A stretch of 64,000 bases of DNA from contig NC_027216.1 of assembly GCF_000981445.1 (NCBI RefSeq), positions 496,001 to 560,000 on the forward strand, read 5' to 3'. The first letter of the stretch is position 1. Every line of letters starts with the position of its first letter. A model generated the notes under the pieces. The model saw only the letters and a list, made by a program, of their open reading frames with translations, was not told the origin of the DNA and ran no database searches. The stretch comes from Babesia bigemina. Its lineage: Eukaryota. Positions 47,400 to 60,250 of the stretch are shown in pieces. A program made the translations under genes and the position numbers.

Positions 47400-48740
47400 C
47401 TAGGCGGTGTTGGCGGATGTCCTTAAAGGGCGTAAGGGATACCATGCATCCGCAACGGCGTCCATGTTGAACAAAATGTTGTAATGAGTCGCAAAATCGT
47501 CGTGCTGATCGCGCCACGCAGCACGAAGATCATGGCCTGCAGTACCCGGCACTGGCATTTGGCAGCCCACGCTCACGGGGATGAACTTGTGCGGCGGCTT
47601 ATCACTGCTAAAGAACATGGTCTCGAAACGTTGGTTAGCCGACGCGATCTGCAACAGAACCGCGCCTCTACGGCAGTCTGTAAGCAGCGCGTCGTATAGC
47701 TCAGAGTTCTCAGCGTTCCTAGTTATCATCTGCTTGACACTGATCATGTAGCGAACTTCGTTAAGTCCCCAGTGCACGTTGGCAACCATATGCAGCCGGT
47801 TGCCGAGCATCAGGTACGAAGTAAACAGATCAAACATCGAGCTCTCCGCAACTTGGATGTCACTGCCCCAGTACCCTCGCCAAACCTGTTTTACGCTGTG
47901 AACCGTTATAAGGTTGCCCTCGTCAACGGCACCGACAGCCTCACCCTCGGCAGGAGGGGTGCCATTGACGTCCGAAACCGGTTGCCCCGTAAAGGTGCGC
48001 GGACTTTGCGCGACGCTCGATTCCTGAAAAATCCTTGAATTAGGGAACTTGAGCCACTTGGCGCCGGCATTGCCTTTTTTGGTCCACTCGGTTTCGTTAC
48101 GGCAATAATCAACCTGTTCGATGAGCGGGAAGTCTTGCGGCAGGTAGAGCACGGAGAGCAGTGAAGAAAGCGTTGCTGTGAATGGCGCCGGGTTCATAAA
48201 ATGATGCGATAGATAGAGCGTCCCCTCAACTGACAAAGATTGAGTCCCAGGATTGTGGTAAACGAACAACTTTGATTGGGAAGCAGATGCCGCCTTTGTA
48301 CTGGAGTGCCATACAAAGCTGCCGATTATCCCAGTAGGGGAAGACATGAATATTCCGGCAATCACGCCGATCAGGAGGACGAATCCGGCAATCAGCAGAT
48401 AGTGGAATGATGCCACGAAAAATTGAAAGAACCACCCTGAAACGAATTGGAAGCAGAAGTGCAGTACAAACGCACCTGGAAAACTATAGGAGTTGCAATG
48501 CTTCACATGGGTGATCACGCCTAACAAGCGGTTTTCTATCTCGGGTGAGTCGAACGCAATTTCCTGGAGAAGGAAGAGATCTTCGTACACATCGCCAACG
48601 CCATTGTCGATAGTGCTACGCTGAGAAATGGAACCGCCACTCGTTGATCCTGACCGGATGACCTTGTCTAATCCGAACTCGCTCTCGTAATCGTACGAGC
48701 ACTGCGATGGCGAGGACAGTTCGCGTTGCACGCTCCTCAT
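47400..48740 (-). CDS. Hypothetical membrane protein (~446 aa)
   Basis: Long ORF, first ATG 48740. Ser-rich N-terminus, hydrophobic stretch (FVLHFCFQFVSGWFF...LLIAGFVLLIGVIAGIFM), then a beta-rich domain. Confidence 0.65.
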   Translation of the reverse strand: MRSVQRELSSPSQCSYDYESEFGLDKVIRSGSTSGGSISQRSTIDNGVGDVYEDLFLLQEIAFDSPEIENRLLGVITHVKHCNSYSFPGAFVLHFCFQFVSGWFFQFFVASFHYLLIAGFVLLIGVIAGIFMSSPTGIIGSFVWHSSTKAASASQSKLFVYHNPGTQSLSVEGTLYLSHHFMNPAPFTATLSSLLSVLYLPQDFPLIEQVDYCRNETEWTKKGNAGAKWLKFPNSRIFQESSVAQSPRTFTGQPVSDVNGTPPAEGEAVGAVDEGNLITVHSVKQVWRGYWGSDIQVAESSMFDLFTSYLMLGNRLHMVANVHWGLNEVRYMISVKQMITRNAENSELYDALLTDCRRGAVLLQIASANQRFETMFFSSDKPPHKFIPVSVGCQMPVPGTAGHDLRAAWRDQHDDFATHYNILFNMDAVADAWYPLRPLRTSANTA

Positions 48741-49618
48741 CGTGCCTTCAACCGACACACCAAGGAGCAGTTCGGCCTGCCCCTCGGAATCGCACTCACG
48801 GCTGGCTTATGGGCCGAAATCGCCGATCAAGCGTAATCGTCGCATGTACCAACAACAACAGTTGCCGTCTAAGTCGACACACCTTTGCTTTATAGGGACC
48901 CAATAAGGGTGCAAGCTGCATTAACAAGGGGTGTGTAAAGCCTTATACGGCGCCTATTTTAACCATGTTCGTCCTAGAGCGAATAATTTCGCTGCTCATT
49001 CTGGTGGATGAGGAAACTGGAAACCGATCGTGGATCGACCTCTTCTTCAACAGCAATTCAAGACAGGCCACGCGTGAGGAGAAACGGGACTCTAAATCAT
49101 CACGACAGAAATCCGCTCAATAGAACGGTCGTGTCTGTCTAGTTCTAGTGTCGCAAGATTTACAAAGTGTGTCGCTTGAGTGTCACAAGATTCGACTTAG
49201 ACACACATTACCACCCCTTTGACTCGGCATGTATCACTACCTGTTGCACCTGTCTAGACCACGTCATAGAATCTAGATTTTGTTAGAATGGCAATACGCT
49301 CAATTGATAGTATATTCGCGGTTGCCGTTTGGTGATTGTGCGTGCTCCCGCTTGGCGGCGCTCCTAGCTAAACGGCACCAGCCGTTATTTGCATTAAAGT
49401 AGCCAGTAGTTGTAACACCAATACAGTTATAATATACTTTATTAAAGCTAAACGCATATCATAAGGAATCGGGAAAGCTGTTGAATTAAAATCATGGAAT
49501 CCCAGTGTACGATGCGTCGTCTTCAGACGAAACGAATATAAGGGAATATTCGCATATGCGTCTCATATCTATTAATAGCATTCGTGTGCATTGATTTGGC
49601 ACGATATATGAGGCGAAG

Positions 49619-52600
49619 ATGACCACGCTGCACTCCCTCGAAATACGTGGAATCAGGTGCTTCTCACCGAATGCAACGCAATCCATCCGCTTTGAGAAGC
49701 CGCTGACGCTTATAGTTGGACACAATGGAGCAGGCAAAACGGTGAGTAGATGTTGAGCTGCTGCATATCTGTAACGCGTGGAACGTCCTCCATCTCTAGG
49801 ATTCACGGCCAATTGAATGATGGTTCTAAAAGCGAAATTGACCCATACACTTAAATAGTGGGCTAATGTGTATGTAGACAATCGTTGAGTGCCTCAAAAT
49901 GGCTGCAAGTGGGATACTCCCGCCAAACTCGGACCGAGGGAAATCGTTCGTCCATGATAGCAAGCTTTCAGATGAGCGAGAGGTCAGGGCGCAGATCACG
50001 CTTAACTTCGAGACTCCATCTAAGGAAATAGTACGGCGATTTGTGGGTCGATAGTCATCATTAATGCAGGTCTGCGCTACGAGAAATTACATTACCACCA
50101 GGGACAAGAATATCCCCAATAAGTCAACATTCAAGGTAATCAGCGTGAACATCATGCGTTAAGTATTCATATAATGCGTTAGGCTGGTGAGACCATTTTG
50201 CGAGTAAAACCGCCAGTTGGGGAGGAGTCAAGAGTCAGTATGAAGTGCTCAGACATGGATCAATCCATGCCCTCACTGATGGGACTCTCACGAGCCTTTA
50301 TAGACAGTGGTATGACCAATACAAGTTAAAAGTGCAGTTATTAATGCAGTTATTTTCTGCCACCAAGATGAGAATAATTGGGCGCTTGACGACTTGGCCA
50401 AAGTGAAGGCCAGATTTGACGACCTACTGGAAACATCACGATACACCAAGGCAATTTCTGCTCTCAACAAAGCAAAGAAAGAGCAAGAGGAAGCTATTAG
50501 GCTTAATGCTGCCAAATTGGAGGCTACGAAAAACCAAATCATACAGGTAGCTAGATCCAGTCAATATCCCATATCCCGCCGCAGATTGCTGATATTAAAA
50601 AGCAGCTTAACTCAAACGTAGAAGATGTCGCCAAGGCCAACGCCAATATCGCGTGAGTAGTGAAGAAGTTAAAATGTGTAATCGTTGTTGCAGAACTCTG
50701 GAAAAGGATTTGATAAGATTTAATGAGACCTGCAAGGCGCTGAGGGCAGAGCACGAAGCAGTGTCGGCCACGTTCGCAGCTCTCAGGGAAACTAACTCAA
50801 ACGTTGAAAGGTACATCACGATGTCTTGTCTATACAATCAACAGGCTTTCCGAAGAAATTAAAACGATGCATCAAAACATGAGCGAAATATACGAGGAGG
50901 GACTGGATGACATGCACCACTATCACCTCACACTCACAAATGAATTGGAGGTAAATCGTCAAATTCGCTCCATGCATACACCATAGGCTGCTGAAGCCAT
51001 GCACGATGAAGTGACACGCACCATCGATCAGCTGATGGAACGGATGAATACTCTGCACCAAAAAATTAATCTCAGTAAAAACAAGGTGAGTGCCTCCCTT
51101 CTTGCTTTATAGGTCGACTCAGTTAACAAATCGCGCCTTGCTTGAGGAGAACGTTAAAGTGACGGCCGAAGCGAAAACGTCCGTCATCATCGAAATCAAG
51201 AAGGAAATGGCACTTGATGGTGACACCGAGTTCAACGAGGAAAGCGTTATGTTTTTCATTGAACAACTTGATAGCATGAATAACGACGATGATCCCATCA
51301 ATAAGGTTTTCAAACAGTGCAAGGAAGACATCACTGAATTGGCGAGTAAAATCCGGGATCTCAACGAGATGGAGGCCAAGCAGAGCTTGACCACCAATGT
51401 TCATGCTGACGAACTGGCCGAAATCAAAAAAAAAATAATTTCAGCTGAACAGATGCGTGCAACGCTGAAGCAACGGGAGGCCATGAAACAAGGCTTATGC
51501 CTACAAGTTGAGCAACATCAACAGCATTTTAAAAATCTTGTTGATGAAAGGGACAAGCTAAAGATTATGGCTTCTAAGCTCAAAAACGCGATATCAGGCA
51601 CGACTATTGAGGATGAAAATGATTTGAGGGCTGCTGTGAATTTCTTGGAAGCCGTTATTAAAAACGACCGGCAACTTATCCTCACGTATGTTAGGAAAAA
51701 CATAAGCAAGGACATAGACGATTCTAACTTCTCGGAAGCACTTAGAGACATCTTCAGCAAATACTTGAAAGGGGCAAAACAGGTTCCAGGTGCACCTTCT
51801 AATGCTCTGGAGGACCCGCAGCAATTCCAGCAGGACTGTGTCACTGCCATTATCCAAATGATAACCAATGTGGAAGGTAACAGCACGTTATTGGACGACA
51901 CAACACTTTGCAGGCGGTGATTTGTGCATGGGAGACGAAGTCAAGACGTGTTCCGCTAACCTAGAGCCGTATAATCCCTTACTGAAGCTCGTAACCAATC
52001 TACGTATATCCGAATACATAGCATACTACAATGGCCTGCTAAATAAAAATTCGGAAGTGTGCTCAGCGGAAGACGTTACATACGAGGAAGTAAGGAATAA
52101 GCTTGGCGCAAAGGAGGTCGAGATAACGCAAGTCGAATCTGTTTTACAAGGCACCAAATCATCACTGGTAGAACTAGAAGCCGAATGCCAGCAGCTTGCA
52201 GCGGGCATTGGCGAACTGAAAGAGTTGAAATCAAAACTTGCGGAGATGCAGGCAGATCAAAAAAAATACAACGCAGAACTGCGATCCATTAGGAGCGCCT
52301 TAGAAAAATCAAACGCGCAACTTATTGACAAGCAACAAGAATTAGACGATGCCAGCAGGAAGATATCCGCCGCCAACACGGCGAATGCGGTCAAAGCGGC
52401 TAAACTTACAGGGTATGTGCAGAAACTAGTGTCAACTAATTGCCAGCAGGCTGCTGGAGCGCTACAGAGAGTATAACATTAAACTGGAGCAATTATGGAA
52501 GGAAATCGAAAAGTTGAGCGAAGATGATCAGCCAGACGACGGTCTTCAAGTCGAATTGAATGGTTTGACAGAGAACATCAACCGTAGTCGCGTGGAGCAA

Positions 52601-53677
52601 AGGGACCTCATGAACACGTTAACGAACCATCGCCAACTGCTTGAAAAGCTACAACAAAACATAACCCTCAAGTTAAAACAAAATCAACTCGACGAACAGA
52701 AACAACGCCTTGATGCAATACAGCAAAAACTAGGGGCTACCAAGGAGGATGAAATTGCAAAGAAGATCAAGCAGACCAGCGAACAATGCACTAAGGTCAG
52801 TCTTGACATCGCAACCCTCAGGGGAACCGTTATCACAAGAGAAGATAACATCTCCAAATTGAAAAGAATGCTCGATTCCCCCGCTTTTAAGAATGCGCAC
52901 AAGCATTATTCTGATGCGCTTCTTGCGTTTAAGTCACATCAATTGGCGAAGGACGTAGGTCTATTGCACGCGTGTTAAAATAACTGCAGGACCTTGAACT
53001 CTATACGAAGACACTCGAATTGGAATTGCATAAGTTCCACTCTGACAAGGTAATGAGTCATCATACTAATTTAACAACGGGCATAGATCGCGCAAATAAA
53101 CGTCGTCCTCAAGCGTGTCTGGAGGGAGGTCTATACGGGTACTAATATTGACTACATCGAGATACAATCGAACGATGACACGACGGTTGCAAGCACAGGG
53201 TTAGCGCCAAGGTCCTACAATTATAGGTAACCCTAAACTCGGTGGTTGAGAATACGGCTTCAGAATGGTGATGGTCACGCATAGTGGAGTTGAGATGGAC
53301 ATGCGAGGCCACTGCTCCGCCGGCGAACGCGTCTTGGCGTCTCTGATTTTGCGTATCACGCTGACAGAGTCGTTTTGCTACAATTGCAATATTCTAGCTT
53401 TGGACGAGCCCACCACGAATCTCGACAAGGATAACATTGTGGTTAGTTGGCTATTGTTACCGCAACATAGCTCGTATAGAGTCTAGAAACGTCACTGGCG
53501 AAGATAGTCAGCGAATCCTCCATTGATTTCCAACTCATTATTATTACGCATGACGAACCATTTGCAAGGAAGATGGCGTTAAGATGTAACTGTGATAAGT
53601 ACTACAAAATAACCAAGAATGATAAAAACGAGTCCGTCATCAATGCAGTGCCATTCGGGTCTGGTTTCACGAGTTGA
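49619..53677 (+). CDS. RAD50: DNA repair ATPase RAD50, ~16 exons
   Basis: IRGIRCFSP, Walker [24 protein letters not shown], long coiled coil, RSYNYR, signature [24 protein letters not shown]. 15 short GT..AG introns traced. Confidence 0.93.
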
Positions 53678-54590
53678 TGACTGTCAGACATTCCAAAAAT
53701 CAATCTAAGGGTTAAATATACATGCGCTATAATGCCTTATGCAACGATTCTGTTTGAAGTTTTGCGTTGGATGATATTTAGTTGCCTTTGATTCGGCTGC
53801 ATTATCTTACATCTTAATATTTTACTGCCCGCAGACTATCGGCGTTCGTTGCCTATTCCACTTCGTGCTGTTGCCGAGCGTCACCGGTGCCATCTATAAT
53901 GGCAGTAAGCTTTTCGTCGCGATTGTCGTTGAAATAATTATAACTTTCACTAGGTTTCATACCCATCATAGGAAACCAAAGGTATTATTGTTCCAACACC
54001 CGATTGATTCTGCAGTCTATCCGATCATAGATACCTAGCTCCCATATTCTCATATTTTTCTTAAACTCCATCCTAAATCATCGGATTATGCGATATATTT
54101 CGCTTGGTTCTTTAGTTGGATGCTCATAACTTCAAATCTTCCACCTGGCCTCAATAATCCGTTCCCCGTAATCAAGAATTTTTACATAGAAATGATAGGC
54201 ACTTGTGCCTATTTCAACGGTTTTTCTATGGTCTAGTGATCATTATGCCGCCATGCGTTCTGCGATGATGGCCGTCTACTGGCACAGGTGTGATCCTCTT
54301 GGACCATTGTTTTGTGTAGAATGAGCAAGAACATTTTAGCTAGCAATGCGTGCGCCAATAGTCATAGATGCTTAGCTAATGTCTTGGCTACTTCGATTGT
54401 GTCTACTTAGGAAAATTCCTCGGTGTTTTAAAGCTAGCTGCAGCTATGGGGTACAGTTGGCTTTTATCTTCACAAAGATAATAATGTTTAAAATATTTTT
54501 AATGCGACTAAGTAGAAGTTGTGTTTTAGCTGATGTCATGTTTTGGTTTGCAATTGTTCGCAAGAATTCTATGATGCGAACTTCGAAACC

Positions 54591-57464
54591 ATGGCCAAAA
54601 TTTTGAGAGCTGCGTCGGTAATTTGCGCAGTATTGTTTAATTGGACAGGCGTTATTGACGCATATATTTGTAATTTCAGCCGTCCGTATGATCTGCTCAG
54701 AAGAAACGCCGTCGTTAGGTGTGACATGGATGTCAGCATATTAAGCTCTGCAACTGCAATCTGCCCTCGTCGAGTCGACGACGCCGAATATGTTTGGCAT
54801 CCACAACCAACGTCCGATGGGCATCCGCATATCGAAACCTACGTGAATGTGAATGGAAGTTTACGTTCTACTGGTATATCCGATGTGGTGATAACAGAAA
54901 ACCAAATTTCGTTTATATCTGTGGAATCAAATCAGTTGCAAACAAAACTTCAATTCAACTTCCCATCTCATGAGTTGTTCACCGTTATCGACCGCCGCCT
55001 TATATTCATTTGCGGCCCCAGAGATTTAGTATTGAGCGATACGATGCAGCGTCACATTTACGGTCTCAAAGACACCTATAACATGGACTTGCTTCCGTGG
55101 AGCTCATCGGCACCACTAGTCGAAGAACTAAAAGAGATGAGGAAGGGTTTTGGTTTATTTTTAGTGAACATAGGGCATTCACACCTACCTCTTCAAGGCT
55201 GCGGCAGCCGCACCTCAGCACTTTTTTCACCAGACAACGTGGTTACCGAGAATAGCTTTACTGGCACCCGTTCTTGTGTAGCGGATCCAAGGCTCAGAGC
55301 ACCCATAGGATTTGTTTGCGAAGGCCGAATTGAACCCAATGATTGCATGAAGTCTCTCATTAACCAGAATGATGAAGTTGTGCCTGCCCCTGAACCACAT
55401 AAATATTGGCAATTTGATAACTATATGCCTTGGGTGGTGGCGCAATATTTCGACCAATTAGCATTACCGCCATTTACAGGCGAATGCAGGTGCATAGATC
55501 CCGAAACAGGCCAGGTAAAGGCGAGGATAGAGATCCGTTCGAACACCGAGTACGTTTGTGACATAACCCAAAAGGTGTTCCTCCACCGTACGAACCCTAT
55601 TCCAGGCCCTTGGTGTTCGGTTGTGCTTCACCCTGGCAGTACGTTGACCATAAAAGTGCCGATACAGAAGGTTTATCGGAAATCTTTTGACGGTTCGCCC
55701 ACTGTTTCATTCTCACAAATGATGTCTCTCTATGCTTTCGAAACTGCATTCTTGCCGAAGGACCTGATGACGCTACGGCAACTACAAACAATTTATAACC
55801 TTGCAAGTTACGACGAAATTCCGTACACCCAAACTCTTGTTGGTGATGCCCTCGAGTTGGACGTTTCACAAATTAGTAGAGGGTTGGTGAAGTTGAAGTA
55901 TCATATGGGCAGACCTCTGGCGTTACGAAGAGAACACAACTCGTTCCTCTATCATTGGACAGTAAGATCAAGAAACGTGAACATTCATGAAAGTATAAGC
56001 GCCGCCATCAATGTGGCCTTTGCTTTCACGCATCACTACCATGCTGTTGGTTGCGATCGTGGGCCACAAAACCTATTCGCACCAAGCATTAGCAAGTTGT
56101 TTTGTTCAACTAAACGGTGGGGTAATGGTATCGGGGAAACGTACGAGTGCACGTACGATTTAACTATGGGCATTTTGTGGGCTGGAATCCACTGCAAGCC
56201 CGATGAGGAGCTTTTGCCATCAAACTGTGACTCCGCGGTATATGATTTTTACTCAAATGGCGCTGTGCCATTGCCTACGACTGTGCAGCATGCGACGGCC
56301 ATCCGTATACTAGGCTTTCAAACGTTAGGTTTTAAAGACCATAATGCACCTACCAGTATTGGTTGCATATGTGTCGACCAAAGTGGCTACGAAAAGTCCA
56401 GGCTTATTTTTGAGACAAACGATTACGCAGGGCGTAGGTACACAGTAAATGACGGGGAGCTGATTAACATTTCACATTCTTATAGGTTGCTGCCTTGGCA
56501 TGAGATTGGATTAACTGGTGGGTTGCCCACATCACCCGAATACCTCGTGTTAAACAACGTATCTCAAGAAGTAATTACTTTGAGAGGAGGTAAAGTGTTG
56601 TTCGTACGCTGTAGTGTTGCACATGGTGCGCACGAAGACGTAAATGACGATAATATACGGCCTATGTGGTTGCCCGCGTCCTTTCGAACTTCCCATTATA
56701 TAACAATGCAGACTCCCGATGGGCCTGAATTTGTTCTTGCGGCACACAGCGATTCAATTGCTACTACACCGGGTGGCTTCGAAGTCTTTACAATCATTTC
56801 CACGGCAAGAAATTACGAGCTAGGCATCAAATCGAGTAGAAAAGCCGTGATTGTATCTAAGGATCCGCTTCATACGCACGAAGTGCCCATGACATTTGTC
56901 TGTGTTAAGACACCAGAACAATCTGATTTTTCCGTAGTCACAGGTGATGCGTTAACTTCAGGTGAAGATGTACAGCGAAATGTTCGTAAAATTGAATCGC
57001 CGCATGGATATAAGTGGAATGTCGTCAAAATTAAGCTCAAAATAACAGACCCGTATATGCACGGCTGCGGAGTCACATACGAGTCGGCTAATTTATTCAA
57101 ACCTGAGACACCGCCCATCTACGATTTCCACGGACGACAAATCGGTTGCACGATAGACCTTCAAGCTGCTAAGGAAGCGGCGTTCTACTGCCCAGCACCG
57201 TACGTTTTCGACCCGCCCAACTGCTTCTACCAAGTCTCGGTGAACGGTGAAGTGAAGAACATAAGCTATGTCAGCACTTCGTTGGTACCATCTCGCACTA
57301 ATCATTTTGTCACACTGAAGTTAAATGGCAACCGTGTAGGACCCGGGGAGGAGCTGCGCCAGTCGCCGCCACTTGAATGCCGATGCATCACTATCAAGGG
57401 TGTAGTCCTGTCTACCATCCAGATCGAGAACTACTACTCCAAGGAATGGGTAGCTCAGATGTAG
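54591..57464 (+). CDS. Secreted multi-domain s48/45 (6-Cys)-like protein, copy 2 (~957 aa from ATG 54591)
   Basis: Signal MAKILRAASVICAVLFNWTGVIDA. Colinear with 3641-6574, with the same Cys motifs and shared blocks (YVWHPQPTS, IFICGPRDLV, GECRCIDPET, GDALELDVSQ, TDPYMHGCGVTYES, AAFYCPAPYV.DPPNCF). Confidence 0.75.
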   Translation: MAKILRAASVICAVLFNWTGVIDAYICNFSRPYDLLRRNAVVRCDMDVSILSSATAICPRRVDDAEYVWHPQPTSDGHPHIETYVNVNGSLRSTGISDVVITENQISFISVESNQLQTKLQFNFPSHELFTVIDRRLIFICGPRDLVLSDTMQRHIYGLKDTYNMDLLPWSSSAPLVEELKEMRKGFGLFLVNIGHSHLPLQGCGSRTSALFSPDNVVTENSFTGTRSCVADPRLRAPIGFVCEGRIEPNDCMKSLINQNDEVVPAPEPHKYWQFDNYMPWVVAQYFDQLALPPFTGECRCIDPETGQVKARIEIRSNTEYVCDITQKVFLHRTNPIPGPWCSVVLHPGSTLTIKVPIQKVYRKSFDGSPTVSFSQMMSLYAFETAFLPKDLMTLRQLQTIYNLASYDEIPYTQTLVGDALELDVSQISRGLVKLKYHMGRPLALRREHNSFLYHWTVRSRNVNIHESISAAINVAFAFTHHYHAVGCDRGPQNLFAPSISKLFCSTKRWGNGIGETYECTYDLTMGILWAGIHCKPDEELLPSNCDSAVYDFYSNGAVPLPTTVQHATAIRILGFQTLGFKDHNAPTSIGCICVDQSGYEKSRLIFETNDYAGRRYTVNDGELINISHSYRLLPWHEIGLTGGLPTSPEYLVLNNVSQEVITLRGGKVLFVRCSVAHGAHEDVNDDNIRPMWLPASFRTSHYITMQTPDGPEFVLAAHSDSIATTPGGFEVFTIISTARNYELGIKSSRKAVIVSKDPLHTHEVPMTFVCVKTPEQSDFSVVTGDALTSGEDVQRNVRKIESPHGYKWNVVKIKLKITDPYMHGCGVTYESANLFKPETPPIYDFHGRQIGCTIDLQAAKEAAFYCPAPYVFDPPNCFYQVSVNGEVKNISYVSTSLVPSRTNHFVTLKLNGNRVGPGEELRQSPPLECRCITIKGVVLSTIQIENYYSKEWVAQM

Positions 57465-59239
57465 TAAACATTTCTGTCAATGACAGAGTTTAATTGTCAT
57501 AGTTCGTGTTGGTGTCTGATGATATCAGAGGAAGTTACCGTTAAGGATCCTAAATGCTTACGTCTGTCTCGAATTGAAAATCTTCTTGGGTTAACACATC
57601 TATTTATAATTAGTGTAAACCCCCATCTACCATTAAATTAACATGAATTATAAAAAGGGTACTAACTTTTGTTGTGCGACCTAAATTAAGACACTGCGGT
57701 GCGGACGGCTCCTTATATTTTCACGAATCAGAATTTCCGCAATGTCATATACACGCAAAATGCATGATATGTGCGACCTGTCACTCTAGTTCAGCAAATC
57801 CACTGATGTTGATATGTGACCATGGTGCAGTGGCTGCTCACATTGGAGCAGCCGTACTAGTATATGCTGAGGTGAATTGGTTTGCTCATCAAACCTTAAC
57901 AGAGAGCCACACAATATTCTCTATAATACTAGAATGAACCATAGTAGTTTTTGCAAAATACCAGCTTTTAACTCCCATTGAACATAGTGACAGCTCAAGG
58001 CCGGATAGGATGGGAGGGCTAACATACCAATACGTGGGTATCAAGGATGTTGCAGGCACATATGTTGGATTCACCTTTTATCACAGCAGCGTCATTGAAC
58101 ATCATTTATGTTGGTCAGAGGTCATTATGCGGGTATATAACATCCCACCTGTATGTCCAGTAAGAACCCGAATGCGGGCGGGGTTGCCAGCCAGAGGCCA
58201 GCATATTTGTGGTAAATATTCCGATATACAGTTACCTCCTGAACATGAATTACGATCTTATTCAGTTGGAGAGACAGCAAATGAGAAATGAAATGAGGCG
58301 ATGTAGTTACCTTCAGTTGAATTGCCAGCTAATCTGGACTTCCGAAAGGTATCGCTAATTGAACGGAGACCATCGCAGTTAGAAATCCCTTATGTCGCTG
58401 CACTTTATAAAATGCAGGGCCCTGTCGGACCGTCTGACGCGTGGTTGAGCAGTCACGTTCATTGGGATGTCATGGGGATAAAAGCTGGACCATTTGGTCT
58501 CAAATCGGCGCACCGGTTAAAACACCACGCATAATAACCAGATAAATAAATCTTGATTATCCTTATAGGAAGCCGTGGTGCTGGAAATATTCGTCGGATG
58601 TTATGCGCAAAGTGTCGTTACTACGGATGAGAGCATAGGCGTATCGCAGGTAACGAATTCAGGCCGTAATTGTCACCCGTTATCGGTCGAGAAGCACTCG
58701 AGACAAATCTACTGTAACCAGTTCTAACAGAAAACAGTTATGTCAATTGGGGAATGCAGTGCAAAAAGTGTTGGTACCCTTCATTAGGTGACAGATGTGT
58801 TCATAATGCACAGGACACAGGGGATGACGTAGGTTTCGTAAGAAACCCCGAACACCTTGTGACGACCTTTTAAACATCAGAGACAGTTCAAAAATTCACT
58901 ACTGTATATACGGTTGGTGTTTGTCATTCGTGTCTGAGATGTACATAAACAGTGACTCGCGTTATGCGAGCTGCATGTCACGTTAATTTGGTAGATATGG
59001 ATGAGATTCGATGTCACGGTAAACATTGCGCCCCCGATATTTGCCTATTTGCTGTGTATGTGGATTGTTAGATTGCGGTAAAGCGCAATTGTATTAGAAG
59101 ACAAAGTCTTTCAGTTGTGCCTCCTGGCCATTGAGACACAGGTAGTTAAATACGCGGTATGTTTCGTATACTGACCTGTGGATACATCAAACATTTCAGG
59201 GACGTATAGAATCCGTACAACGTAACGATACTGTACAAA

Positions 59240-60250
59240 ATGGTGTACAATTCGTTGACTGAAGCTCCTCGCAACCTCAAGGAGGGCATTGACTGGCTGA
59301 TAGCATTGAGAGGAACGGATGCGAAAAAAAACATAATTGCTTTGGGTTCTGCAGTCTACGATTTGCTTGCTGACGCGCCTGTAGGCAATATGAAGCTGCC
59401 AACTCTCGAAGAAGTTAAACTTATTACAAAGGAGTTTTTAGAGAAGCCGGAGATTAAGGGCCGGTGGTTCGCAAGCAGGTTGCTACAAAAATTTAATGAG
59501 CCAAGACGAACACCAAATCTACACTTTAAACGCCTCTTTAATAAATACAAGAGCGATTATCACAACGTTGTGCAAAAAAAGGAATTACAGCGCAAAGACA
59601 TGGGATTGTACTTGGGCCGCGTTGTGTATGGTTGTGACACACTGGTGAAACATATGAAAGTTCCTGACCAATACGAGTCGGCTTACAGTTCAGAAGCGTC
59701 ATGGGATGCGTCGTGTAGTCGGCACCCAGCAGCCTGTGCAGTGGTATTCGTGGGCATTGCACCTATGTTATATGCAGGTCTATACTCATTGAAGTATGTG
59801 ACATCAATTGCACTTACCAACGAGTCGAATAATACGGTGAGGGAGCGTCTGGCTGAACTCTTAAGTGCAGTTGGTTATGACGAGTCGTACAGGCGCCCCC
59901 GGATGAAAATTTCATATATATTCGAGGCGTTAAAAGACGTCGATAAAGATGTGTTGGACATACTCTACGACTTCTCAGGATTCTGGGCTTTCTATGGACT
60001 GGAAAGTAGTGTATCTGAAGGTGAAACATCTGAGGAAACGACAGTACGTACAAAAACTCGCAAGTTCTACATGGGACAAATGATAAAACATGGGATACCA
60101 GGGGTTGACGTGGACATGGGTTTACTACATGCTTGGAATACCAAACATAATAATAAGCCCAGCAAGATACACAATGCGCTCGGGTCGGGTAACATGTATT
60201 ACCCCGGTACGCCCACAGTATCTGATTTAGGAGCGGCTATTCCACTTTGA
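59240..60250 (+). CDS. Short ves-like (variant erythrocyte surface antigen family) protein, 336 aa, intact
   Basis: MVYNSLTEAPRNLKEGIDWL resembles the Babesia VESA N-terminal SLT..P.NLKE.IDW motif; YESAYSSEASW, CAVVFVGIAPML, DFSGFWAFY. No obvious C-terminal TM domain. Confidence 0.75.
   Translation: MVYNSLTEAPRNLKEGIDWLIALRGTDAKKNIIALGSAVYDLLADAPVGNMKLPTLEEVKLITKEFLEKPEIKGRWFASRLLQKFNEPRRTPNLHFKRLFNKYKSDYHNVVQKKELQRKDMGLYLGRVVYGCDTLVKHMKVPDQYESAYSSEASWDASCSRHPAACAVVFVGIAPMLYAGLYSLKYVTSIALTNESNNTVRERLAELLSAVGYDESYRRPRMKISYIFEALKDVDKDVLDILYDFSGFWAFYGLESSVSEGETSEETTVRTKTRKFYMGQMIKHGIPGVDVDMGLLHAWNTKHNNKPSKIHNALGSGNMYYPGTPTVSDLGAAIPL

Noticed and set aside
51868..51920. Apparent frameshift in RAD50
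   Set aside because: Explained by a 37-nt GT..AG intron at 51877-51913.
12026..53677. REV3, XPB, BRE1 and RAD50 as a DNA-repair cluster serving the cassettes
   Set aside because: They are interspersed with unrelated housekeeping genes, and nothing in the sequence links them; likely chance synteny.
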